Source: Blasia pusilla (Eukaryota). From it: DNA of 64,000 bases. The stretch is taken from positions 6,944,001-7,008,000 of the forward strand of contig CM114271.1 of the NCBI GenBank assembly GCA_050084515.1, written 5' to 3'. Of the stretch, positions 1 to 12,718 are shown one piece after another; within the stretch, counting starts at the first letter, position 1, and the number at the start of each line of letters is the position of its first letter. The translations under genes were made by a program, and so were the position numbers. Below the pieces are notes generated by a model. That model was not told the origin of the DNA, did not search any database, and saw only the letters and a program-made list of their open reading frames with translations.

Positions 1-830
1 CTTTACATCCAAAGGAAAAAGTAGGTTTGCAACCTCTTGCAATCTCCACCTTCAAATTTGAGAATGTACCCTGAACCATACACTGTGATATGCGGCTTTC
101 TGCAAGAACCAAACCTCTGAGTGTTTGAATTCCCATCCCTGAATCTCCTTACTGAGGACTGAAACTCACCACATGAGATCATTAAGAACGTTCTCTTGCC
201 CTTTCCACGCCGACACCAAGCAGTACAATGACCTTAGACGGTCTATGCCTTCCCCATAATTTACAATAAAGGTCTGTCAATGAAGGCCCAGGCTGATTTC
301 ATGCCGTGGGAGCTGGACAGATACGCAAGCACGAGAATGGAGTTTAAGTCACAGGACCCTCCAAGCTTTCCTGTAACTTACCAAGGGTTCATGTATTCTA
401 ATGGGTGCGCAATCACAAAACGTAACTGCGAAAAAATCCATGTCAACAAACCCAACGAATTTAACGCTGTGACGCTGGGAGTTAACCAGTTATAGAGAAG
501 CTAAACATCAGAATATCTTACCACGCTGTCGCAATCAAAAAACGTAGGGACAGTTTTGTTCGGCATAAAAGGGAAATTTCTGCCCGCATAGGAGGGACTT
601 TCTATAGTTCATCAGAAAATTTAGGGCAACTCGTTGTGGCCATCTCGAAACATGACGAGAAATGGGTCCTCATCGATGTCTTGTTCCGCTTAGAAAGTCC
701 GCAACCGGTATTCGTAAACCCCAGAATTCAATCTGGGGTTTCCCATCACAAGATACTCCTTGGAGAAGTTCATCATTACGTCTTCATAAACTGCTAAACT
801 TGACGATTAGGACTATCGTCAAGTTTGAAC

Positions 831-833
<3 letters not shown>

Positions 834-883
<50 letters not shown>

Positions 884-940
884 CCCTCTCCCTCTCCCTC
901 TCCCTCTCCCTCTCCCTCTCCTCTCTCTCTCTCTCTCTCT
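834..940. repeat. Compound microsatellite (TC)n-(CTCTCC)n-(CT)n
   Basis: Directly visible; it accounts for the SLSL/PSPS/ERER ORFs at 662-1092. Confidence 0.97.
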
Positions 941-1901
941 GAACCTGTATCATGCAGGAATCCTTGGACACCGTGCATATTTCGCAGACGATTTAAATGC
1001 GACGATGTAGGGAAGACATTTCGCTTCTTAATGTAGAAGGTATAAGATGATGAAATTGTCCCCGTCGTCGCATGTAGGAGGGACATGGGCACGCAATTCT
1101 CTAGAAATGGCCATGAACGATACCTGATTCAGAGGACTCGGCTGAGATGAATGCCTGTTCAAGCCCGAACAGTTCTTCAAATGCCACAACTCATCCATCG
1201 TCCCTAATCCACAGCGATCCCTCTAGCCAACAGACATTTTACTTTCTCAATTGCCTCCCAAACCCTGTCTCTACGACGAATCCCCAGTACCGTGCGCTCC
1301 ACTCACTCAACTCGAAGGGCCTCGCGAACCTTTGACCAAGGCGAGCCTGAGGATCTTCACCGCCTTGAGCCCGCCATCCGAAAGGCACCGCTCATCTCAC
1401 TCCGCTACTGATGCACGCGAAACCAACCACGAATTCCGCCGGCAACACCCTCCCTCCCCACAGAATCCTTCTGGGCTCATCCCCAGCACACCAAATCTAA
1501 AACCACAGCCTCCGATCTCTGCCGATGTAAACCCCCGTATCGCCCTACCAGCGCGGTGGACTCCGAGTACAAAAACGCTACCTACCAGCTGCAATTTCCC
1601 GCACCACCCTACTAAAATCCTACCCAGCTCCTCGTCGCTAGTTCACTCCCAACCCCCATCCGCATTCACCCCGGCCTCATCTTCCCGTGACCGACTCGAC
1701 GCATCCTATCTTCCGCTGTCAATCCTCCTCCTCCTACATCACACTCCATCCTCCTCCCGCTGCTGCTGCTCGTCGGTAGGCCATGCGCCCGGCATCACTC
1801 CGTCACTGACCTGCGAGCAGGTCATCAGTCCTCCCGCTCCCGTTCTCGCTCGTTCTCGACAAACCTTTCTCCACGGCAGCGATGGCTGACGACGATCATC
1901 A

Positions 1902-1935
1902 CCTCCTCCTCCTCCTCCTCCTCCTCCTCCTCCTC
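1902..1935. repeat. (CTC)n microsatellite
   Basis: Directly visible trinucleotide run. Confidence 0.9.
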
Positions 1936-3717
1936 GTCGCTTCCAACTTCCGGAGCAGCTGCAGCCGCTGCTCAGCCATCTTTAGGGCTTCGAAGGAACT
2001 TTCCCTCGAGACAATCGCGAATGTGGATCACGAGCCACCCAAGTATAGCGGACTTCGCCTGTCCGCCCTCCGCGGCTGGAATCGCCTGTACTGCAGTCCC
2101 GGCGCCTGCCATTCGCTTCGGGACCTGAACTCTCTCTCTCTCCACCGTCCCCGTCTCCGTGAAATTCCCCCTCTCAACGTAAGGACCGTCTACGGACCAG
2201 GCCGGGCGTCGCGACCCGGCAGGTCACGAGAAAAGCAGGGGTGAAAATCGATCGGCGCAGAGGGTGGACGATGTCGACCAATACAGTTTCGACGTCTGGG
2301 ATGCCTCGACGCTCACCCGTTCGGCGCACCTCGCGAAATGATCCGCCGCTTCCGTGCCGCCGAAGTCGCGCCAACCACGCCGCGGTGACAACCGCCGGTT
2401 TCCGCGACTGCCATCGTGATGTGCGTAACCGGAACCCGAACCGGAACGTGTGATTTGAGTGAACGGAACGTCGGAGATGACCGTAATATGATGGCGAAGT
2501 ATAAATCACGCTTAACTCACCCTGCCCACGATTAGTCTCCTCGAACTTTTAGCATGAGCTTTGAGGTTGCAACAAGAGGGGGGATAGCGTCGAATCCTCA
2601 TCATACGAAGGGAACCTACCAGCCAGTCCGATCCGGACATGCTGTTAACGGATTATATTTTCAATATTGCGCACAAAGCGTCTTCTGGGGGGGTCCAAAC
2701 GAATCAGCCTCCCTTGCTCCATCTACTAAGCTGCCATGTGTTACTTCTCTCGCTTGGTCTTCACTCCTCCGGACAAGTGACGTGTCGCGCTTGGCCATTC
2801 TCTCACAATGTTTCGCTTCGCCTTTCATCAACAATCAATCAACTAGGGCTTCGTTTCACTACACAGTTGAAAGAGTGCGTCTTTTGCTAGTCACGATAGC
2901 ACTTCGCTTTGTTAAGACTATCCATACTAGTTTTTGGACACTCACATGTTAATAATCACTTTATAGTGTCAACTCACATACAATAGTCGTCACCAAATGG
3001 AGAGGGCAACCGTTTTATAAATCAAAAAGACTTTTAATAGCCACATATTCTGAATGCTCTTTTTGAGCATGGTTATGCACATTTAGGGTTGTCGAATCTA
3101 CAACTTGTTGTTGTTGATACCTATGTCACAAAATCTCTTGCTCTTGAAAAATGCCAAAAGAACCATGAAAAGCAATGGAGGCACTATATCCCAAGGCATC
3201 CTTGTGGACAAGAGTGTGATCATGAATTTCTAGCCGCACCTTCAACGTAGGAGACAATCCATTTAACCTCCCTAAGCATGCTACTCATGAAGGTTGCCAT
3301 CGGTCAAAACCTCACAAGCGCTAAAGTTTGGTCATGTCGGGTCAAGGACCACTTCCCAAAGTGGAAATTCAACTATACTCCAAATGGAAACTTACCCGAA
3401 ATAATAGGTTTCTCTATATGGCTGAGGAAGGATTACGATCCCTCACATCAATGAGGTCGTATCAAGGGGGACCGTGGGAGGGGAGGGGGAGCTTACCCGC
3501 CTACGATTTCCTCTCATGCGAGATCTTGCTTCGTTCATCGTAAGATCAAGTTTCCATCATCCTCCTTGTCATATTCCTACTAGTATGACTCTTCTTAAGC
3601 GAGCTATTGTTCGGATGCATTCATGGCCTACATGGTCTTGTGAAGACACCTCTTCATGCAACCCACCAGAAGGAGAGGAGCACTTGTCTACGTCTACTTC
3701 TCTCCCACTAGGGTATG

Positions 3718-3854
3718 TGTCGTGCGCATACATATCGCTACAAAACATACATCGTTGGTCACATCTACACCACACAACACCGATCTTCCCCACACACGGG
3801 TCGATCCACACATGTACAAAATCAACTCATACATATATATGGAGATCACACAAC
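3718..3854 (-). repeat. E2 terminal repeat A (outer copy)
   Basis: TGTCGTGCGCATAC...GATCACACAAC; near-identical to 37281-37417, 37851-37988 and the split copy 4313-4369/13086-13170. Confidence 0.9.
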
Positions 3855-4310
3855 AAAAATAAAGAGTAGTAAAAATGGCATACCCGGCCTAAAACTCCAC
3901 TCCTAAATCTACATCGACATATCGAGCCTCGTCCACCCTGTGCTATCAAGGAATCCTCACACACATACAAGGGAGGTGCTCCAACGGCCCAACATGAGAA
4001 AGATGGCTTAAGAAAGCCATCTTCCTCTCTTATATAGGGTTGAGAAGAGCCAAAAGGCTCTTCCCCTAAAAATAGCCCTCCCCTTGGTGACCTGCGCGCA
4101 CAGGTTACCAGGGGCGGGTGACATGGTCAACAAATCACCCGGTTGTGAAAGAACTCAACATGAAAGTTGTCACAAACGACGTTCCTAACACAATGGACCT
4201 ATCCTCAACCTCATACGACACCGTGGGACAAAGTTACACTCAAGATAGTCCGCTGGCTCCTACGCCCTATCCACGATAGATCTCGGCCTATCGGCTACTC
4301 AGATGTGACA
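3855..4310 (-). repeat. E2 repeat B (promoter-bearing LTR-like unit)
   Basis: Matches 16502-16721 and 37418-37848; ends ...ATGTGACA on +; sense TATATAAG at 4036-4029. Confidence 0.88.
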
Positions 4311-4369
4311 ACTGTCGTGCGCATACATATCGCTACACATCATACATCGTTGGTCACATCTATACCACA

Positions 4370-4475
4370 TGTCGTGCGAATCCACATCGTCATATAACAT
4401 ACATCGCTGACATACCATACGCACATACATACATAACATAGACGAGAGTATCCACAAACGCAAGTGTACCACAAC
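4370..4475 (-). repeat. E1 repeat A, outer copy (106 bp)
   Basis: Direct repeat of 4847-4952. Confidence 0.93.
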
Positions 4476-4843
4476 TGAAATCCGTGAAAGACCTACTGTC
4501 ATAAAACACGTTTACAATCACATACAATCGAGCCAAACCCACTCCACGATGGGAGAATCTAGGTTGAAGCTTGAGGGAAACACCATAGCCAAGAGCTCTA
4601 CTCACTACCAAGGCTAACTCCCAACGCAACAGGCTCAACTCAAAGAATGATCGTTCTTTGAGGGCAAGCCACCTTATATCCTCCAACCTAAGAGCGGGCC
4701 CTACTGGGAAAGTCACCCCCAAGTGAGTAACCCCCAACCCTATGTATGGAACCGCATCTCTACCAAGCCACTACGGTCCTACATAAGGAATGGCCTCTAC
4801 CAAAGACACCATACTCTACGACATAATCCGTATGGTCATAACA
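4476..4843 (-). repeat. E1 repeat B, 3' copy (~368 bp, TG...CA)
   Basis: Direct repeat of 12719-13085 with roughly ten differences by eye. Confidence 0.95.
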
Positions 4844-4846
4844 AAT

Positions 4847-4952
4847 TGTCGTGCGAATCCACATCGTCATACAACATACATCATCGACATACCATACGCA
4901 CATACATACATAACATAGACGAGAGTATCCACAAACGCAAGTGTACCACAAC
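4847..4952 (-). repeat. E1 repeat A, inner copy adjacent to the PPT
   Basis: Direct repeat of 4370-4475, followed on + by TCGCCCCCCTAA (sense polypurine tract TTAGGGGGGCGA). Confidence 0.93.
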
Positions 4953-5129
4953 TCGCCCCCCTAACTGGCGGTTAGGTCCCTCTAACTCCCAGGTAGCCCT
5001 ATACATCTACTACATGCTATACACCTTCTTGGATGCCCGAATCAGAAGGCCAGGTGCTAGGTTGCCCCATCGTTAGTCGCACATCTATAATCCATATCAT
5101 GCAAAGATCAAGTCATCTACCTCTCCTAA

Positions 5130-8100
5130 GTACATCGAGGACAAACCCACCTTCCAAAGAGGAACAACATCCAAACGTGGAGTCAAACACATCATGTGCC
5201 AACCCCTAGAACACCGATCACACACCAACATACGGTGCGTTACCAGAGACCCACACAACATGCACCTCAAGCTAGCACGTATCATGGCTAAGCTTGGGTC
5301 AACAAGACCATCCACATTTGGAAGATGACATGGCGCACAATTACACACATGGTCCTTCCAAAAACTCCATCACGACCCTCCAACATGAGAACTCCGAAGC
5401 TAACACCTCACGCTTTTCGTAAAATAGTGCGGCTTGCCGCCACATCCAACGTTTTCGGGGCACAATCTGCTGCAAATAGACATAGTCCCCACATGGAACC
5501 TACTGAATCGATGGTCGATAACCTCCACTCGAATGGTTGCATACCGCAACGTATCCATGTGTTGAGCAATGGCAAGATTCTCAAAGGTCGTTGGCATAAC
5601 TCCGAAAGAGCTCGCTGCTGAGAACACATCCTCATCCACATCTCTCGGGTCATCAAGGTCCACCACCTCACTAGACTCCCGACGCAATTTTTTTTGGCAA
5701 GTCCGGATCTCGGCCGTATAATGTAAAATAAGGTGAGAAGGAAGCCAAGGATGCTTGGCGATCGAACCTATACCCCATGGCTAACCATGGCAACTGAATA
5801 TCCTAGTCTCCAAGATGCCCTTCAGAGGCCATACTTGCGCAATGCCCTCTTCACCGCCTCGAACCACACGCTCAGCCAAACCATCCGCCTCGGATGATCT
5901 CGAGACGTGGTCCGATGATCAATCAACGCCTTGTCACACAAGACCTGAAACTCACCTGAAACTCAGACTGGTCGGTCAAGACTTCAGTTTGGTGCACCAA
6001 AATGACTAAGCACTCTATCCGAAACGCATACGCCGTTCCTCACTTGCCTTGTCCGTAATGCCACCAACTCAATCCACTTGAGAAGTGCTCCACCATCACC
6101 AACACATATCGATGATGTCGTACAGTCAATGGTAAAGGTCCCGCAAAGTCCACACTCCAACGGTAACCCAACCCCATAATAGGCAAGGGGTGTAATTGTG
6201 GTGTAGGGGCATTAAATGATGCCTCACCCGGTCACAAACCATACAACGTGACACCAATCTGCTGCACTGAGTATGCATGCCACGCCACCAATATCGCCAA
6301 GGAGTAAGCTATACGACGCTTTACCCCAAAATGTCCCAACTCCTCATGGGCATGTCGCACAATGCGCTCTCTCTGAGCCAAATGTGGCACTACTCGTACT
6401 CTACCATCCTCCCACATACGGAGAATATGTGTTCCCTCCAATCGATACCTCTTAGCACGTTGAAGAACATGGTCTCGCTCCTTGGCACTAACTATGCCTG
6501 GCACCCTACTTTGGTCCGTAGGAACTCCAATACCAACGCATCTTCATGAATATCACGCTGATCCGTACCACCATCTCCAACCTTAGGATCCAAGGTGGCC
6601 ATCTACCCCTCGACTAGAGTAAGATATCATGTGGTCCTCCATACTAGAGTCCACCTAACCAACATAAAAGGCGGATGCATGCCAACCTGGCACCATCTCC
6701 TCATCAACCTCGCCATGCCATCTAGCCCCGTTGTATCCTCTTGGCTAGTACATGGGTTCCTACTCAACCCATCAAAGATCAAGGTTGGCAACTCAGGTCT
6801 ATGTACCATCCGAAGTCATACTCTGTAAGATAAGAGCCCACCGTGCAAGCTTCCCTGTAAGCTTGTCCGACTCCATCAACCACTTGAGCGGTGGTGATCG
6901 AGTAACAAGGGTAAATTGTGTGCCAAACAAGTAACACCTAAAGTGTGTGCCCACCCACACTCTTGCCAAGCACTCTCCCTCATATGAACTATAGCGCGAC
7001 TCATTTGCATTATTCGAACGACTTGCATAGGCCACCACAAACTCCATGTGTTCATCATCATGTTGTGTCAACACCGCTCCAAGTCCCAACCTACTCCAAA
7101 TGTGTAACTCAAATGGGCGCCCTCGATAGGTCCTCAAGATAGGCGCCGCCACCAACCGGGCCTTAAGCTCCCCAAAAGCTCTCTCCCGATCATCTCCCGG
7201 TGCCACTCTTGATCTGATTTCAGCAATTGGTTCAAAGGCTTTGCCATAGCACTAAATCCCTTCACATACCTCCGATAGTAGTTCGCCAATCCCATGAATG
7301 CTCGAACTCTACTCACATCTACCGGACGCGGAATAAGTGCAATAGCCTCCACCTTTGCTTGTGAACTCCCAAACCACCTGGATAGATCACATGACCCAAG
7401 TACTCAACATCCTCATGGAAGAACTTACACTTTCCTGGATGCAAACGAGACCATGAGCTTTCAACCGCTCAAACACCATCTGCAAATGTATCGATGCTCC
7501 TCCACCGTGTTATGAACACCAAGATATCATCAATGTAACACCGAACAAAATCCAACCTCGCTAGGATCCCGCCCATCACTCTTTGAAACTCGGCGGTGCA
7601 TTCTTCAACCCAAAGGGTAAGAATTTCCACCGGTACAAACAATCCTTGCCATGAGAGTTGACACCCCAAAATGTTGTCTTAGCCTTGTCACTCTCCCGAA
7701 TCGGCAATTGATGGTATCTCGCCCAAGATCCAAAGTACTGAAAATATTTGCCTGTCCCACCACATCAAAGATCTCTCTCGGTGTAGGCATGGCATACCTA
7801 TCGGCCTTGGTTTGCCGATTGATAGGGACGGTCATCTCCACACATCCGCCTATCCGTGTAGTTGCCATGCATATCCTTTTAGCAGCATGACATGTGGCCG
7901 ATGCATACTCTCCATGCGACAACTCCACTAATCCACCTTCCAAAAGGTCCAACGTCCTACTCAATCAGGTCCCTCTCCATATCACTATATCGGTAGGGAC
8001 GACGGAAGATTGGCGTATCACTAGCCAAATCAATCCGTATACCGGGTCCAACCAGAGAACCCAACTCCTTCATGCTAAAGGCAAAATAACTCCTATAAGC

Positions 8101-8180
8101 ACGTAGGAACTGTGTCAAGCGTCGTTTCTCACCTCCCGTAAGCTTGGGCCCAAGTAATGGCTCCCAAGTCTCCTCCACGG
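5130..8180 (-). pseudogene. E1 pol: RT, RNase H, integrase, C-terminal PHD finger (frameshifted)
   Basis: ORFs 7605-7964 (ADRYAMPT..EIFD), 7469-7669 (CYIDDIL), 7134-7352 (VRAFMGLANYYRRYVKGFS), 6799-7206 (RNase H), 6232-6504 (integrase HHCC start), 5097-5348 (CMLC...LVCDRCSRGWHMMC). Confidence 0.92.
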
Positions 8181-8449
8181 CATACTAGGGGAGAGGGCGA
8201 TGCCATTGGCTGCTACGCAACCCCCTCACTAGATGATACACCCTTAGCTACACCATCATCTGAGCAAATAACTCCTCCACCAGCATGAGCAACCAACTCC
8301 ACATGCCCAACCATTATATCCCATTTACTCCAAGGATGCAAAATACTACTCTCCTTGCCCCCAGCCGATGCCTCTACCGTCCCGGTAGCCATCGAGCTCA
8401 TTACAAGGGGTGGAAGACCCACAGACATAGTCCGAAGTCGATGCTGCTC

Positions 8450-9420
8450 GGCCATACCAAGACTCAAAATCCAAGTCAAACAATTCAGGTCTATGGCCTG
8501 ACCCAACACATGACGTCATGAAGCCTCAGAAATAGAAGCAACCGCTGTCACGCCAGTAGTAAATCCCATCGCACGCTCTCTCTCATCAACGTTAGGCTCC
8601 ACCAATTGTCGCACATGAGAATCCCATACAAGCCCGGACCACCTTCCCTGTAGGCATGTGACGCGGGAAAACTCACAAATGTGGGTAGTGCCATCCTAGG
8701 CTGGCCCACACGGTTCACCACTGCCATGGGTGACCGATCAATAACCCTCACCACTTGAGAAAGTCGCCAAAGATCCAAGATACTATCCACCGTAAGGCGA
8801 GGATCCTCTTTGACTTTGCATCATATGCTCGACGTAGAACCTCCTAGGCAACAAGTTTGTCCACCACAAGCGTGGGACGATGTGCACTATAAGCCAACTC
8901 ATTTGCATCCAACAACACACGCTGGTCCAATCCAAGACCGCACCTCATGAACACTCGCCATCATCCGGTCCGAGTGTCACCTAACAATGGAACATTCTCA
9001 GAATGTAAGCTAGAGCACGTGCTCGATGAACTCAAGATGTCGTAACACCCGTAACATCTCCCAAAACAATCGAGACCTAGGGTCATGTAATCCCTCACCA
9101 CGACCAAAGACGTGTATGACTCGACATGGCCATCCAAAGCAATCACCAAATCCATAGGACCAACCCTCTCAAGGTCCTGCGCCCCAACAATGCAATGTGT
9201 GATGGTAAAGCACGCTGGTACCCACGAATAGCCGATGGCGGCAACAACTCGGGATATCTCGCATCAATCGACCAATATGTCGAGATGAGACTCTCGGGCC
9301 GTCTCATCTCGCTCCACATACACGTATCTCCCCGACAGAATACCGCCTGCAACATTGCCGCCAAACCAAGTGCTAATCCCACCAAAGAGATCTAACACAC
9401 AAATGCCCCCCGGATCTTGC
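8450..9420 (-). pseudogene. DNMT3-like cytosine-5 DNA methyltransferase domain in E1 pol (frameshifted)
   Basis: Motif I VLDLFGGIS (~9371-9400), II YVYVERD, IV DLVIA/GWPC (9124-9155), VI ENVP (8988-8999), VIII AHRP (~8875), IX ERERAMGF (~8560-8585), X LGQAIDL (~8485-8506), in canonical order. Confidence 0.88.
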
Positions 9421-12400
9421 CATACAATGGGTGTAGTATCCAAAGGGGATAACCAATGGGCGTAGTAGGAGTCCGCCGTGGGGCCTCCTCTTCCTCGTGA
9501 GGTAAATGACCTCACACCAAGCCTCTGCACTAGGCGTCGCCTCTGCCGTAGTGCACCGCTTTGAACTCCAAAGTGGCACATCCAACGATGAGGATGCCAC
9601 TGCTGCAAAAATAGGGACCTCCTCTACCTCCTCATGCAGGAGAATCCATAGCAAAACATTACCCTCAAAAAGTCTCATGGCCAAGTGACTACTCCACTAA
9701 AACCACCCACGGATGCTAACACTTTGTTGGGGAAGACCCTCTGGTCGAGCCCCGAAATAAATCTCACAGAACTTGGCTCATACGTCCATCCCCGGATCGC
9801 CAACCTGGTCTATAAGACTGTCTCGGTCGAGTAATCCATCGAAAACCCATCGGTACAACATCGCTCCTCCAACTAGTACATCATACGACTCGGTGATGTG
9901 ACTACCGCAGATACTCCCAACCGGGAGCTATATCGCATGATCTGGTCTCAATCAGATAGAAAACTTCTCCCGTGTCATGAATTGAGACCTATCATTGGCT
10001 CCTCCAAGTGATGTTTGAATCTGGAATGGGCAAGGCTCAAGCTCTCCCATCCTCTTGGGGACAAAACTTCCTAACATGATCACCTCCACATGTTCAACAT
10101 GATCGCCCTTCTTGCGGGGCAGCAAATGAAGGCAATGGTCTCTGCACAAATGTCCCTCTAGGACTTGATCGAGGTCGCGTGTACCCCCACGACTCCCACT
10201 ACTACTACCACCACCACTACTACGAGATCGTGAGGTGGGCGGTGAACACGAGAAGTAGTAGTTGTATCCCTCTGCACGCGGATGTCACCACTCTCTCCTT
10301 CACCATGTTAAGCTCAATCTTCTCAGATAGAGCAAACACATGGGTCAATGTGGATGAATCATCACTCATAAGAGTAGCATCACGCACCCTACGGCGCAAA
10401 TCTCGCTCCAAGATCCCATACAAAATCGATCGCTCTGATCTCCTCGGTCACACCCTGCGGGTAATCGAAATCAGCGTCGCATACGCATGTATGCCTCACG
10501 AAGACTCTCACCATTCTTTCGCTCAAAGTCCTGAAGATTCCTCAACTTCTCCGTCTTCACTCCTTGATAGTTCTTCTTCAACCTCTTGAAGAACTGCAAT
10601 CAAGGCTAAACGATGGTGGGGCACTAGTACCTCCACTAGTACCCCCACTAGTACCTCCACGGTACCCCCACTCCGGCTCGCTCGTACCACTCAACGTCGG
10701 GTGGTTGGCATAGTAGGAGCACTACTACCAATACCACCATGGGTGATAGACACATAGCCTGGAGACCAATATTGTCTCCATGCCTCAATCTCAAACAACA
10801 TGGTCCTTCCTAAACTCATGGTAATCATCCATGGGTGGTCCTTCCAAGTCTTTGAAACAACCCTTCCAAGCCAAGAAGGGTGTAAACAACGTATGTTCGC
10901 AACATCTCGCATATCACACCACGTATCAAACTCCTGCATGAAGTCCTCTAACTCAATGGTACCCATTGCACGCGAGTATCGTCGTGGGGCCATCATGGGC
11001 CCATATCCACAAATCCATGTCCCAAATCAATGGAGTGCAACACTCGATAACAACGTAGAAGACTCGGTGTTTGGAACACCCTCGTCCTCCTCTTCATCAA
11101 CCGTCGGAAGTGGAAAAGGTAGCCGATACCTAAATCCACTCCGTGTGAAACCACCACTGTCCGCACCACGGTCCCCAACCAGACCACCCGACAACTCTAT
11201 GATGACCAACGCCGATGCCGCACCACTACCAAATTACCCAAGTGACGTCGATGTCGCTCTATTAGTGTAGCTCTACTAGCTATGGGTGTAGGCAACCTAA
11301 CCTCTCATCACCACAAGAAGACTCCCACGGTCTACTGGTCATCACTCCAGCCTCACTATCAGTAGCACACAGGAGTAACACTACTATGGAAATCAGCGTC
11401 AACCCTAACAATGGGCGCGCAAGCAAGAAGCACAATGGAGGGGATCCAAACACAGGAAATCCAACGACAACCCTCCAATCGCAAATGGAAATCAAGGTAA
11501 CCACATCCACCAAACGTGGTGCCCTCTCGAATCCACAAAACCCACCACACAATTCTAACGCATAATAGCTACTCCGCCGCTGGTCGATGACGTGCTAGTC
11601 GAACTCATGACACCTAAAAATATCACTGCATGGAGAGGCTACACCGTATTATGCGCTAGAGGTACATCAACCAAAAACCTGAGATGCATAAAGTGCCTAA
11701 CACCTCTCCGAACAAAGACCAAATGAGCTACAATCATCAGACACCTGGCATAGTTAAGAACTCAGCATTAAGCGTCCTCCAGGCAGAATAGCCCAAAGAT
11801 GGGTGACCAGTTATGCAAAACTCAAATCCTAATTCCTGCAAAAATTGCCTCACGCCCAAGCAAGCAAGCTTGCTTGCTTGCTCCTTGCTCCTTGCTCCTT
11901 GCTCCTTACTCCGCCTCTCTCGCCCCGAGCTACCACGAGTTGCCTCGAAGCCTCGAAGCCTCGAAACGCCGAGACATGCCCCTATCGCCCCGTTCGCCAT
12001 GCTTCGCTATGGAGAGAGGTCCAACCAGGGCGCCCCCAATGGGATAGGCGTCTCCAACAATGAACGAGTCACCAACCAACCAGCCCCTCCGATCCGCTGT
12101 CCACCATAGCCAGACCTTGAGCTAGTCCGCAAAATTTCGATCAGAAATTACTTCACAAATAGGTGACCGAAATCAAATCTATTTCAATCAGAATTCAATT
12201 GACCACCATAGCTATCTCCCCACAAAAACTCAGCTACAACCGAGCTCTGTACTCCGAGCTAAAAATCAGACAAACTTGCTGTCCATACACCTCTAGAACC
12301 GCAAATCCGACAGCGCTTCCGCCAAGTTTCATGCACGCAGAAATTCGCAATGCTCCACGCACTCGAGCAGATCGCTTCACATGAGATCACAATACAAGTA

Positions 12401-12718
12401 GCAATAGGAACCTCTCACCCGATCTGGATGAACTTCAACAGAGCTTCCGCACTCCAAGCTCTCCACATCAGAAAACTGTCGAACACGAACCAGAATCTTC
12501 AATGCTTGATAACTTCCAACTCCCTTGACGAAATCCGCGATCTGGTAGCGTTGGAAAGCTCTCAGCAAGGCGCTTCTTTTCCAACCAACCATGCACCTGA
12601 TTCACACCTCCAACATAGGCAACAAGCCGTGAACATCCACGGCTGAGTACACAATCAGCCCTAACCAGATCCTACTGATCTAATCGAAGCTACCATCGAT
12701 CTACTCCAGTTCTTTGAG

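Noticed and set aside
662-1092. ORFs with SLSLSL, PSPSPS and EREREGEG runs
   Set aside because: They are translations of the CT microsatellite.
1251-2520. GC-rich Pro/Ser-rich ORFs (1251-1889, 1882-2244)
   Set aside because: Low complexity, no recognisable domain or splice structure; cannot be supported as a gene.
3718-4952. A repeats as a CRISPR-like or satellite array
   Set aside because: Eukaryotic context, units over 100 bp, and each is explained as a retroelement terminus.
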